A DNA stretch of 64,000 bases from an uncultured Candidatus Saccharibacteria bacterium (GCA_937903325.1 CALCZR010000058.1:193034-257033); one strand, 5' to 3'; counted from the stretch's first letter, positions 8,539 to 17,095 are shown. The notes: a model not told the origin generated them from the letters alone. Numbers and translations: made by a program.

Positions 8539-8910
8539 TTATGCGGCTATCAAGCGCCAATATCGGCCTGCACGCACTGCAGTTACTGCTCGGTCAATAC
8601 CGGCAAACTCTAGCAATGCTGGTTCTATAGTGATTCGCCCCTGTTTTTGGTCCAATGGGCTTTCACTTTTCCCCGTCCGGAACCGAACGTTAAGATCCGC
8701 AATGCGCTCATCCAGGATATTTCCTTGGAGCTGCGGTTCGACTTGTTCGTCCCAAACTGCTTTGGGATATACGTGAAGGTATTTTGAGAAGCCTTTCGTC
8801 ACTACTACTCCGCTCACAAACTCGTCTCGAAGCTCAACAGGAATTGTTAACCTGCGCTTGTCGTCAAGTTTACGTTCGAAATAATCGACAGTAGCCATCT
8901 CACCTTTCAC
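8539..8910 (-). CDS. mraZ: transcriptional regulator MraZ
   Basis: LDDKRRLTIP (the MraZ LDxKGRxxxP-type motif) and a second repeat GRITIEP; first gene of the dcw block; GTG at 8910, but ATG at 8898 (MATVDYF) fits the family N-terminus better. Confidence 0.75.
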   Translation of the reverse strand: MKGEMATVDYFERKLDDKRRLTIPVELRDEFVSGVVVTKGFSKYLHVYPKAVWDEQVEPQLQGNILDERIADLNVRFRTGKSESPLDQKQGRITIEPALLEFAGIDRAVTAVRAGRYWRLIAA

Positions 8911-8979
8911 CTTAACTTGATATTTTTGTTTTTGAAGTGCCGCGGTTGTCTTGGAATAAGCCAGTTGTTGTTTTGAGGC

Positions 8980-9028
8980 TTACCCACGATTACCCACTAA
9001 CATGAGCATACTACCCACTGCTACCCAC
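8980..9028 (-). promoter_or_regulatory. array of four GTGGGTA(A) direct repeats: putative MraZ operator
   Basis: plus-strand TACCCAC at 8981, 8991, 9012, 9022 (spacing 10/21/10 nt), 70-120 nt upstream of mraZ. Confidence 0.55.
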
Positions 9029-9086
9029 AAGCAAGCACTTTCTACCTAAAATGCTTGCGTTTTACGCAAAGTTATCCACAGAAATA

Positions 9087-9129
9087 TAAAAAAGGACTTA
9101 TCCACACAACATATGGTGGATAAGTCCTT
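9087..9129 (-). terminator. rho-independent terminator after the 9151..9687 gene
   Basis: perfect 14-bp stem AAGGACTTATCCAC / GTGGATAAGTCCTT (9092..9105 and 9116..9129), 10-nt loop, followed on the minus strand by a U-run. Confidence 0.7.
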
Positions 9130-9150
9130 GGCTAATACGCTAACGGTTTA

Positions 9151-9687
9151 TTAGTTTCGTGCAGTAGCAATGTCTGATGCAGCAATATCACGCATAGCTT
9201 CTGCAAACTGCGCGGTATCTGCGATGTGTACGGGTATAACTTCTGCGCCAGCCGCGATACAGGCGGTTTCACCTGCTACGACAGTTAGCTTGTCACCTTC
9301 GCGAATTTTTGTCACCGCTTCGTTACCCAACGCATCATCCATCCCTCGATCAAGAGATGCAAGTGGTCGATCCTGAGAGTCACGAGCATCTACTACACTT
9401 CCCTTACCGACATGTAATCCATTGGTAATGGTACTTAGGCGATCACCATCTTTCACCGTTACGATACACGCAATTGCGTCCTGAGCTGTACGGTCAACAG
9501 CGGAGCCGTCGACAGAAGTTTGTGCACCAGCCTTATTAGCACTAGCAATGCTAGCATCGGTTGCACCAGGGCTCAATAGTGAACCTACGCCACCTGCTGT
9601 AAGAAGGCCGACCGCTACTGTTTTGCGTACTGTTGGTGAAATTCTTTTCATAAGCATTATCATAACAAACATTAGCGTTTTTGTCAA
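9151..9687 (-). CDS. hypothetical secreted protein
   Basis: N-terminal hydrophobic signal-like segment; Ala/Asp/Gly-rich; no family recognised. Confidence 0.5.
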   Translation of the reverse strand: MTKTLMFVMIMLMKRISPTVRKTVAVGLLTAGGVGSLLSPGATDASIASANKAGAQTSVDGSAVDRTAQDAIACIVTVKDGDRLSTITNGLHVGKGSVVDARDSQDRPLASLDRGMDDALGNEAVTKIREGDKLTVVAGETACIAAGAEVIPVHIADTAQFAEAMRDIAASDIATARN

Positions 9688-9726
9688 TGTTTATGCTTAA
9701 ATATACTACTCACGGCTTTACTTTAG

Positions 9727-10857
9727 CTAAAGTTCGTTGGGGTGCTTGCCTGCAGCGCCGGCTTTAAAGCCCCGAGCATAACTAGCACCGGCCAACAAAG
9801 TAACCTCGCCACTCTTCAGATACTTTAGATTACTATCAATGGCACTCTGGGGCATGTCAGTTCTTACTCTATACAGAGCAGACACTATAGATCTTACGCA
9901 TAATTGCTTCGCAAATGGCTGTCGTATATTTACACTAACAGGCACAATGCCGTCTGCATCAGGAAGACTTAAAGATAGCGAGATATTGCCTTCATGGGGA
10001 TATTGCTGTTTTAGGCCAGCTTCTTTTAGTCTCCCTAGTGAGTAGCCTGCCATAACAGGCACTCTTTGATACAAGTACCTAAGCATATCCATCGGGCGGT
10101 ACGGATTGAGCCCTTCCATGAATACTGGCGTCTGTGCTGCGGCTACCCTCATCGAACGTGTGAGTATTTGTTGCGCCAGATCACTTCCTAGACCACCTTT
10201 ATATAGGTCCCAAAGTCGATAACTATTAGGCATCTGGCGAATGGCTATAACTGGCTGAAGTGCCGGATTCCTACGGTTGTAAGGCAAAAGGTAGGGTTGT
10301 ATTCGGCGGTAACTAGACATAGCATCATGAGCAGGTCTTACGCCATCTTTAGTTGGCATTTCTACAAGCTTGGCAACAGCAAGAATCTGTTCACCAAAGT
10401 CAATCCCACGCTCCTGCATAAGCGTACTGCCCTTGTGTGCCGCTTCAGCATCACGGTAATACATGCCGAATCTAAAATCCCTATATGGTAGAAGATGGCT
10501 ATCCCAATCAGTTTTCAAACCCGGTTCCACCAAAGTGCCACCTTTTATACTGATATCACCCGCTCCATCTAGTAATTCTACTTTGGGTACATCAAGTGAA
10601 CGATGGTGTTGTTGAGCAATTCGCACAAGCGAAAGACCTCTCTTTAGTCCTTCTGTGGGCATTTCTTCTGGGAACAATACCGGTACCTGCCCTGCTTGCA
10701 TCCATGACTCAACTAGTTCCTTGGCGGGGCTTACAGCAAGTTTATCAGGTTGCGTTAGCTCTGGATCGAACTCTGCATTAACCATCACGGTCTGCAGCTC
10801 GTTATCAAGTGCCGGTGCATATCCTACGGCAGGACCACCAAATTCAAAGAAACTCAT
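9727..10857 (-). CDS. hypothetical protein (376 aa)
   Basis: long uninterrupted ORF with only short antisense shadow ORFs; no family motif recognised. Confidence 0.5.
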   Translation of the reverse strand: MSFFEFGGPAVGYAPALDNELQTVMVNAEFDPELTQPDKLAVSPAKELVESWMQAGQVPVLFPEEMPTEGLKRGLSLVRIAQQHHRSLDVPKVELLDGAGDISIKGGTLVEPGLKTDWDSHLLPYRDFRFGMYYRDAEAAHKGSTLMQERGIDFGEQILAVAKLVEMPTKDGVRPAHDAMSSYRRIQPYLLPYNRRNPALQPVIAIRQMPNSYRLWDLYKGGLGSDLAQQILTRSMRVAAAQTPVFMEGLNPYRPMDMLRYLYQRVPVMAGYSLGRLKEAGLKQQYPHEGNISLSLSLPDADGIVPVSVNIRQPFAKQLCVRSIVSALYRVRTDMPQSAIDSNLKYLKSGEVTLLAGASYARGFKAGAAGKHPNEL

Positions 10858-10911
10858 ATTACATATATTCTATAATAAATAGGCCAAAATTACAATAGTT
10901 TCACCTCTGTA

Positions 10912-12192
10912 CTATATATCTTTGGTTGGGAGATCACCACGCTGCAGTGATTTGATCTTCTTGGCAAACCAGATAGCACTCGGACGTGGGGTACGCTTCA
11001 TACCATGTTCTCGGTCGACCTCCACTAGGCCGAACTTTGGCCACCAGCCATATTTCCACTCAAAGTTATCTAATAGACTCCAGTGGAAATACCCTCGGAG
11101 ATCCACTCCTTCGCTGAGTGCTCGTTCCATAGCGACTGTTGTTTCCTCTAACCACCACTGTCGGTATTGGTCTTGCCCATCTGCCACGCCGTTCTCGGTA
11201 ATATAGATTGGTTTTTTGTAATGTGCCCAGACTCTAGTGAGAAGCGGATGCAGGCCTTCCGGCTCCATGTACCACCCCAGGTCACTGAGTGGTGCATCCG
11301 GATTGTCTACCTTGCCTATTTTGTAATAGTCAGAAAAGTAATAGTTAAAACCTACAAAGTCGATCTTACGCTTTACCCTATTAAGCCACCACCAGTTCCA
11401 GAAATAGCGCATCCACCAGGTTGCCACCATATCTATAACATTATTCGGTCGCTTGGATTGTATGTTGGCCAGTGCCGGGGCCACGCCGATCTGGAGCATG
11501 GGGCTGTTCTTACGGAGTATCTTATAGGCTTGTCGGTGAGCTCGAGCCAGATTATGGTATACGCGGCCAAAGTTGATCACGTTCTTTTCCTGAGGTGTCC
11601 ACTCGCCGGTAAGGTAGCCAAAACTGGCGTAGACGTTTGGTTCATTGAGGGTAATTATGTACTTAAGCTCACTAGCGTATTCGTCCGCAATTTTCTGGAC
11701 AAAACGACGCCAGTATTTTAGGTTACTACCTTTTTTGAATTCGCCTTTAGCTACGAACCAGGTCGGCATGGTCCAGTGCCAAATGTTGAGGAACGGCTCC
11801 ATACCCCTGTTACGTAACTCACGAATGTATTGTCGGTAGTGTTCGACAGCATCTTCGTCCCATTGCCCTTCGGTGGGTTCAATACGCGACCATTCAATAC
11901 TGAAGCGAAACGCGTTGAGATTTAGCTTCTTGGCTATATCGAAGTCTTCTTGGTAACGGGCATAGTGGTTAACGCCGTTAGCGGATACATAGTTATTGGG
12001 GTTCTCAGCATGTACCTTAACCGAATCCCAGTCAGCAACAATATGCTGCAAGCGCTGCTTGGCACTTTTAGCTAGTTCGCTAGCGTGCGCTAGTTCCCAC
12101 TCGCTCCACTGGTTAACCGTCCCGCCCTCTACCTGGTGACTGGCAACACTTGCACCCCAATAAAAGTCTTTTGGAAACACGCTTTTTGTCAT
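10912..12192 (-). CDS. glycoside hydrolase family 1 beta-glucosidase
   Basis: N-terminus FPKDFYWGASVASHQVEGG, acid/base TLNEPN, nucleophile YITENG. Confidence 0.9.
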   Translation of the reverse strand: MTKSVFPKDFYWGASVASHQVEGGTVNQWSEWELAHASELAKSAKQRLQHIVADWDSVKVHAENPNNYVSANGVNHYARYQEDFDIAKKLNLNAFRFSIEWSRIEPTEGQWDEDAVEHYRQYIRELRNRGMEPFLNIWHWTMPTWFVAKGEFKKGSNLKYWRRFVQKIADEYASELKYIITLNEPNVYASFGYLTGEWTPQEKNVINFGRVYHNLARAHRQAYKILRKNSPMLQIGVAPALANIQSKRPNNVIDMVATWWMRYFWNWWWLNRVKRKIDFVGFNYYFSDYYKIGKVDNPDAPLSDLGWYMEPEGLHPLLTRVWAHYKKPIYITENGVADGQDQYRQWWLEETTVAMERALSEGVDLRGYFHWSLLDNFEWKYGWWPKFGLVEVDREHGMKRTPRPSAIWFAKKIKSLQRGDLPTKDI

Positions 12193-12199
12193 TAGAACT

Positions 12200-12207
12200 A
12201 TTATACC
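12200..12207 (-). promoter_or_regulatory. GGTATAAT -10-like element, 7 nt upstream of the GH1 ATG
   Basis: plus strand ATTATACC; ATG at 12192..12190. Confidence 0.45.
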
Positions 12208-12208
12208 C

Positions 12209-12763
12209 TTACTTAGCCGCAGGTTTTACAATTCGTTCAAGATACTGCTGGTAAGTTATATATGTTTTGGAGTCTACGACCCTATCTACGAACAACATCC
12301 CCGCCAGGTGATCTACTTCATGTTGGATAACATGTGCAGGTAATCCGCTGAACTTTTCTTTGTGCAACCTGCCTCGTTCATCTTGGTACTCAAGTTCAAG
12401 TTTTGGATAGCGTGGAACCTTAGCGAAGAAGCCTGCCTGCCCGTCGCCGCTACTGATACAGCTTTCCCACAGTTGCTTTGGCTTCCCAATGAGCTTCGTA
12501 ATCTTGGGATTAATGATGACCGCCTCAAAAGGAATGGCTTGTGGTCGGTGTGGCAGCGGCTGAATGTTGATAACAAACAGTGCGACATTCTCGCCCACCT
12601 GCGGTGCAGCCAAGCCCACACCAAGCTGCAAGGAGCTCAGTGTGTGGATCATATTAGCAATAAGCTTCTGAGTCTCTGGAGACGCTATATCTTTCTTAGA
12701 TAGACGCTTAGATTTCTGACGTAGTTTTGCGTCTCCAAATTGTAGCCGTGGCAACCACTTCAC
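12209..12763 (-). CDS. def: peptide deformylase
   Basis: motifs GVGLAAPQVG, ESCIS (EGCLS-type Cys), HEVDHL. Confidence 0.9.
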   Translation of the reverse strand: MKWLPRLQFGDAKLRQKSKRLSKKDIASPETQKLIANMIHTLSSLQLGVGLAAPQVGENVALFVINIQPLPHRPQAIPFEAVIINPKITKLIGKPKQLWESCISSGDGQAGFFAKVPRYPKLELEYQDERGRLHKEKFSGLPAHVIQHEVDHLAGMLFVDRVVDSKTYITYQQYLERIVKPAAK

Positions 12764-13494
12764 GAGCGATATTCCGGATTCTCGAAATCAAAGCGACTAC
12801 CAGCATCCCACTCCTTGCGTTGATTGCCATATGCCGGTATGCCACCTTGGTCTTTGAGTATCCGTGCCATATGAAGTAAGTTCCAGGTCATGAATGTCGT
12901 GTTACGGTTGGTGAAGTCGTTATCCAGCCCAACCTTGCCCTTCCCGCCTTCCTTTTCGTCTCCGTAGCTTGGCCCCGGCCCTGCTTCCCCGATCCAACCA
13001 GCATCTGCTTGTGGTGGTATGGCATAGCCAATATGCTGCAGGCTGTAGAGGATGTTCATAGCACAGTGTTTGATGCCATCTTCGTTACCAGTTATTAGAC
13101 AGCCACCTGTTCTGCCGTAGTAGATCCACTGCCCTTTGTCATTGAGTTCACCTGAATAGGCGTACAGTCGCTCAATGACCTTCTTCATTTCGCTGCTGTT
13201 GTCACCCAGCCAAATAGGACCTGCTAGCACCAGAATGTCTGCCGCAAGTACTTGCTTAAACAGTTCTGGCCATTCATCTTTGTCCCAACCCTTTTTGGTC
13301 ATGTCCGGATACACTCCAGTGGCAATATCATGGTCGACTGCACGAATAACAGAGGTTTTGACACCCTGCTTCTTCATGATGCTTTCACTAAGTTCAATAA
13401 GTAGCCCCGTGTGACTTACATCAGGTGATTTAGTCAGTGTGCAATTAATAAATAGCGCCGTTAGGTTGCTGTAGTCTTGTTTTGAATCAGCCAT
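12760..13494 (-). CDS. flavodoxin-fold NAD(P)H-dependent FMN reductase-like protein
   Basis: N-terminal ALFINCTLTKSP and ADILVLAGPIW segments typical of the FMN_red/flavodoxin_2 fold. Confidence 0.6.
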   Translation of the reverse strand: MADSKQDYSNLTALFINCTLTKSPDVSHTGLLIELSESIMKKQGVKTSVIRAVDHDIATGVYPDMTKKGWDKDEWPELFKQVLAADILVLAGPIWLGDNSSEMKKVIERLYAYSGELNDKGQWIYYGRTGGCLITGNEDGIKHCAMNILYSLQHIGYAIPPQADAGWIGEAGPGPSYGDEKEGGKGKVGLDNDFTNRNTTFMTWNLLHMARILKDQGGIPAYGNQRKEWDAGSRFDFENPEYRS

Positions 13495-13553
13495 AACATT
13501 CCTCCTGTAATGTTCTTATTGTAGACCTACTCTAAATTTTAGACCAATAGATA

Positions 13554-13772
13554 CTACTGTTGTTCTTCAGGAACTGGAATAGGTTGAATGCACTCATCTA
13601 GTAGAGTCGCAATACTTTCAACGACAGCTGGCGTTGTATGGTAGGCTTCTGCAAGCTCGAGTGTTTGTGGGTGAACGCCGTCAACTAGCTCAACAGGGCC
13701 AAGCTCTGGTCGCGCTCCGGCAATCTCTCTGAGGGCTTCTCTAACCTGCCCTCTGGGGTAACTATAAATCAT
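13554..13772 (-). CDS. hypothetical small protein (72 aa)
   Basis: ORF only; acidic; no motif. Confidence 0.35.
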   Translation of the reverse strand: MIYSYPRGQVREALREIAGARPELGPVELVDGVHPQTLELAEAYHTTPAVVESIATLLDECIQPIPVPEEQQ

Positions 13773-13798
13773 AGGATAATTACTATAAACTAATGGTG

Positions 13799-14383
13799 TT
13801 ATTTGGTCAATTGCCTATCAGGCTGTCTTCTTCCCCATAAGATCAGTACCGCCATAGCACCATTAATAACTACTATGTACGCTGGGTAGCTTGCTGTGTA
13901 GATACTGTAGCTGGTAAGCGCCATAAAGCTGAGTGTGCCCGAAAGCGTATCTAGCGCAAAAAATTGCCAGTTCTCACTGTATGGTAACCTATATGTTTTA
14001 ACCAATGCCGGGATATTACCTACAACATCGGCAATTATCGAAGCGTACAGTCCAAGCAGTGGCTTACCAGATACCTGCCAGATGATTACACCAACTGCTG
14101 CAATTATTAGACATATTATATCAAGCTTAGCCCAGCCACCATAGCCATGTTTAAAACTAAGCGCCAATACAACAGATGTCTGAATCATACTGGCGGCCGA
14201 AAGCCAGAAAGCTGCGCTAAAATTACTATCGATAAGCGACCAGGTGGATAATAAGGTAATAGCCCATATCACGAACCGCGTTGTTCTGTGTGGTTTTGTT
14301 TCGCCTCCTAAAATTGATCGTATGTATACGATAGGCGAAAGTAACACTAACACTGTACTGATCACTATTAATACATTTCTCAT
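13799..14383 (-). CDS. 7-TM membrane protein, paralog B (PQ-loop/SWEET-like architecture, tentative)
   Basis: about 30% identical by eye to 14380..14961; internal duplication of a loop motif (PIVYIRSILGGETKP / IPALVKTYRLPYSE). Confidence 0.55.
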   Translation of the reverse strand: MRNVLIVISTVLVLLSPIVYIRSILGGETKPHRTTRFVIWAITLLSTWSLIDSNFSAAFWLSAASMIQTSVVLALSFKHGYGGWAKLDIICLIIAAVGVIIWQVSGKPLLGLYASIIADVVGNIPALVKTYRLPYSENWQFFALDTLSGTLSFMALTSYSIYTASYPAYIVVINGAMAVLILWGRRQPDRQLTK

Positions 14384-14961
14384 ACAGACGCCTGCCTGCC
14401 CTTTTTCATTACCAGAATTAACGCAATCGCACCGTCCATGCAGAAAATATAGGATACATATAACAAACTGGTGACACTGTAGTTAGTCAACGCTAAGATA
14501 GCAAATAGCGCACTGGCAGTAGCCAGTACATACGAGCTGGCTGTTTCTTCTTGCGGCTTTAGTAGTGAGTGTCGGACAGTTGGCAGTGCCCCAATAAGAT
14601 CAATTACTACGGCGGCGATTAGAGCAATTAGCGGAGAGTTAAGTAGCCACCATAACAAAAGACCCACCAGGGCGCTGATCTGGCAGATCCAGTCGAACTT
14701 GGAGTACTTTGCATATCCATATTTCAGTCCTAGAAGTACGATCACAAAGACCTGAAAAGTTATGGCCCCTGAGAAAATAGCCGACCGATACTCATGCGCC
14801 GCTATCTGAGCTGCCGTTGCAATACCCGAGAGAATAGTCCACGTTAACCACGTCGTAATATTGGGACGAGTCTGGCCCTTAAGAATGTCACGAGCATACG
14901 GGATAATACTTACTAGACTAAGTAAACCGGAGACAAAGAGTAGTACATCCTTTAAAGTCAC
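14380..14961 (-). CDS. 7-TM membrane protein, paralog A (PQ-loop/SWEET-like architecture, tentative)
   Basis: paralog of 13799..14383, 4-nt overlap; loop motifs IPYARDILKGQTRP / LPTVRHSLLKPQEE. Confidence 0.55.
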   Translation of the reverse strand: MTLKDVLLFVSGLLSLVSIIPYARDILKGQTRPNITTWLTWTILSGIATAAQIAAHEYRSAIFSGAITFQVFVIVLLGLKYGYAKYSKFDWICQISALVGLLLWWLLNSPLIALIAAVVIDLIGALPTVRHSLLKPQEETASSYVLATASALFAILALTNYSVTSLLYVSYIFCMDGAIALILVMKKGRQASV

Positions 14962-14962
14962 G

Positions 14963-15391
14963 TTACGGTTTCAGCAGTCCTATAATCAGAGCCATTACTT
15001 CTAAAGTTACGAGTTCATGCCCTATAGCAAGTAGCGTTAGTTTGGTAGGACGTCGCTCAAACAAATCATGCGTAATTATACGGGCAGCCGTAAGACCCAG
15101 CCACAGCCAGAACGCAGTTGTTAATGCGTCCTGTAGAAATGATTCATGACCATAGAACTTATGAGACAAGAATGTTACATGAGCTAGTACGTATGCCGTA
15201 ATGAGTGACACAACAGCAGTTCCCCCAAGCGCCTTAGCATTGCCTTCTCTAAGTTGTTTGTCACTAAGATGTACCATCTTTGCCCATTCTCTCCCGAACA
15301 CACCCATAGAGTACCAAACAGCACCTACCACCATACTACTTACCATCGCGAGGAACACTGCGAGGTAGTTTACTTGCACTTCCATCACCAC
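14963..15391 (-). CDS. DUF1761-like 4-TM membrane protein
   Basis: 142 aa; N-terminus NYLAVFLAMVSSMVVGAVWYS...FGREW resembles DUF1761. Confidence 0.55.
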   Translation of the reverse strand: MVMEVQVNYLAVFLAMVSSMVVGAVWYSMGVFGREWAKMVHLSDKQLREGNAKALGGTAVVSLITAYVLAHVTFLSHKFYGHESFLQDALTTAFWLWLGLTAARIITHDLFERRPTKLTLLAIGHELVTLEVMALIIGLLKP

Positions 15392-15448
15392 TCCTTCAGT
15401 TACTTGTTGGTTTTAGTATGCACCTGGGAATAACAATAATCAATTAGG

Positions 15449-16033
15449 CTAATCGGCTTTGGCAGAAGCCGTTTTGGCCTTTCTGTATACTCGGTAAGAT
15501 AGCTCCCTACGGTGCTTATCTATCCGCTGGATGTATGAGTCGTACTTGTTATACAGACTTGAGTAATGGGAGTTGGGAGCAAGAAGATGTAACAATTTTT
15601 TCTCTGCTTGCAGGTATTCTACGAGACTGTAGAAGTCTCCGTCACCACTGACAATAACGGCCTTTTGGTAGTTCTTCATTTCTTTAACTGCCCACAGTAC
15701 TAGCTCGGCATCGACATTACCCTTCACCGGCTTCTTGTCTTCTGGCTTATCTGAGTCTTCCTTCTTCTCTACTTCTACCTTTTGAGGTTTGCTCATGTCA
15801 AAGGTGGGTTTTAGGACAATAAGATAGCCGGCGTCATGAAGCTGCAAGTACATGTCTTCATGCTCTGGCATATGACCAATAAACATGTAGGCGTCCGTGA
15901 CATTGTATTCGTCCTTAAGAAACTTCCGGAATTTCCGCCAGTCCATCTTCCAGCCAAGCTTCTGGACCCCGAGGTTTAAGTTCTGATTATCGATAAAGGC
16001 GGCGTTGCCCTTAGCGGGTCGTCTTGTATTCAT
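15449..16033 (-). CDS. NYN (LabA/DUF88) nuclease-fold protein
   Basis: N-terminal AAFIDNQNL and C-terminal VIVSGDGDF acidic motifs typical of NYN domains; acidic/Lys-rich insertion. Confidence 0.65.
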   Translation of the reverse strand: MNTRRPAKGNAAFIDNQNLNLGVQKLGWKMDWRKFRKFLKDEYNVTDAYMFIGHMPEHEDMYLQLHDAGYLIVLKPTFDMSKPQKVEVEKKEDSDKPEDKKPVKGNVDAELVLWAVKEMKNYQKAVIVSGDGDFYSLVEYLQAEKKLLHLLAPNSHYSSLYNKYDSYIQRIDKHRRELSYRVYRKAKTASAKAD

Positions 16034-16040
16034 TACCTTA

Positions 16041-16048
16041 ATGATACC
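16041..16048 (-). promoter_or_regulatory. GGTATCAT -10-like element, 7 nt upstream of the NYN gene ATG
   Basis: plus strand ATGATACC; ATG at 16033..16031. Confidence 0.35.
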
Positions 16049-16051
16049 ACT

Positions 16052-17065
16052 CTACGCACCTGGTTCGGCTGCATCGTCCTCTTTTATCTTAAGTGGACGC
16101 TTGCTAATGATCTCGTAGCGCTTACCAGTAATAGCCGATTCCATGTAGTCTTCGTTGAGCAAGTTCACAAACATATTGAGGTCTTTGGTGTCCATGATAA
16201 TAATGGCGCCGTCATTATCGGTCATGAGGTTGAGGCCTAATTCTTCAGCCTGGTTCATGAGTTCTTCTTGTTTCACTTCCCCAACTTCAATCTTTTGGAG
16301 TTTGTTAACCAAACTTTTCTGACCTTGCACTAGGTTCTCCCAGCTTAGACCCTCATCAAAGTTAAAGGTAAAGTTTGCTTGGATTTCCTTCATCTTCTTA
16401 ACGGCAATGCCGTACTTCTTAGCATTGTAGCCAAACAGCTGCTCGAGCTTCGGCTGACTAAAAGCATAGATGTCGTTTTCTAGTATGAGTAATTGGTTGT
16501 CTGGTGGAATGCGCACACCACCTTCTGCATCGAATGGTACGAACTTACCGGCCTTTAGCATCCAGGAAGAAGCACCCTTCATGACCATACTGCCAGGTAG
16601 TAGCTTGATAACATAGAATGGAGCTGGTAGATCAGTATGTCGGCAACGAGCGAGTATACCTTTAATGCGCTTTAGATCGTGCTCTTCTTCTACAAACGTT
16701 TCCATCTCGGCTTCCTGGGTCTTGACCCAGTTTAGGAGCTCTTGCGCCTTCTGCACTTTGTCGAGTGTGGTGCGCTGCAGTACGTTATCTTCAGCTTCTC
16801 CATCTTCAAAGTCACGCACTTCCATGCCTTCACCAGCTCCCTGGAGTACATATTCGAGGAGTCCGTCGATAAGTAACGGCTGATACGATTGAGTCAATTC
16901 CTTACTCACTTTTGTACGGTACAAAACGTAATTTTTATTAAACAGAAACAGATCAATTTCGAGTTCTTCCTTGATTGGTACTAAGTTATTAGCCCACAGG
17001 AATACGTCGGTCCGTTTATCTTCTTGTTTCTCGTCAGCAGCGGCTGCAGCCTGTTCTTCGTTCAT
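16052..17065 (-). CDS. DUF4868/KwaB-like protein (tentative)
   Basis: 337 aa; segments LLILENDIYAFSQPKLEQLFGY and MFVNLLNEDYMESAITGKRYEI follow the pattern I recall for KwaB (DUF4868); not computed. Confidence 0.45.
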   Translation of the reverse strand: MNEEQAAAAADEKQEDKRTDVFLWANNLVPIKEELEIDLFLFNKNYVLYRTKVSKELTQSYQPLLIDGLLEYVLQGAGEGMEVRDFEDGEAEDNVLQRTTLDKVQKAQELLNWVKTQEAEMETFVEEEHDLKRIKGILARCRHTDLPAPFYVIKLLPGSMVMKGASSWMLKAGKFVPFDAEGGVRIPPDNQLLILENDIYAFSQPKLEQLFGYNAKKYGIAVKKMKEIQANFTFNFDEGLSWENLVQGQKSLVNKLQKIEVGEVKQEELMNQAEELGLNLMTDNDGAIIIMDTKDLNMFVNLLNEDYMESAITGKRYEIISKRPLKIKEDDAAEPGA

Positions 17066-17089
17066 GTTTTCCCTCGTTTGTTCTCTGCT

Positions 17090-17095
17090 ATTCTA
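17090..17095 (-). promoter_or_regulatory. TAGAAT -10-like element upstream of the KwaB-like gene
   Basis: 24-nt leader containing a GAGGGA SD-like element before ATG 17065. Confidence 0.35.

Noticed and set aside
12313-12703. Two overlapping ORFs (103 and 113 aa) inside def
   Set aside because: Both lie within the peptide deformylase gene, whose three catalytic motifs are intact. They are alternative-frame and antisense artefacts.
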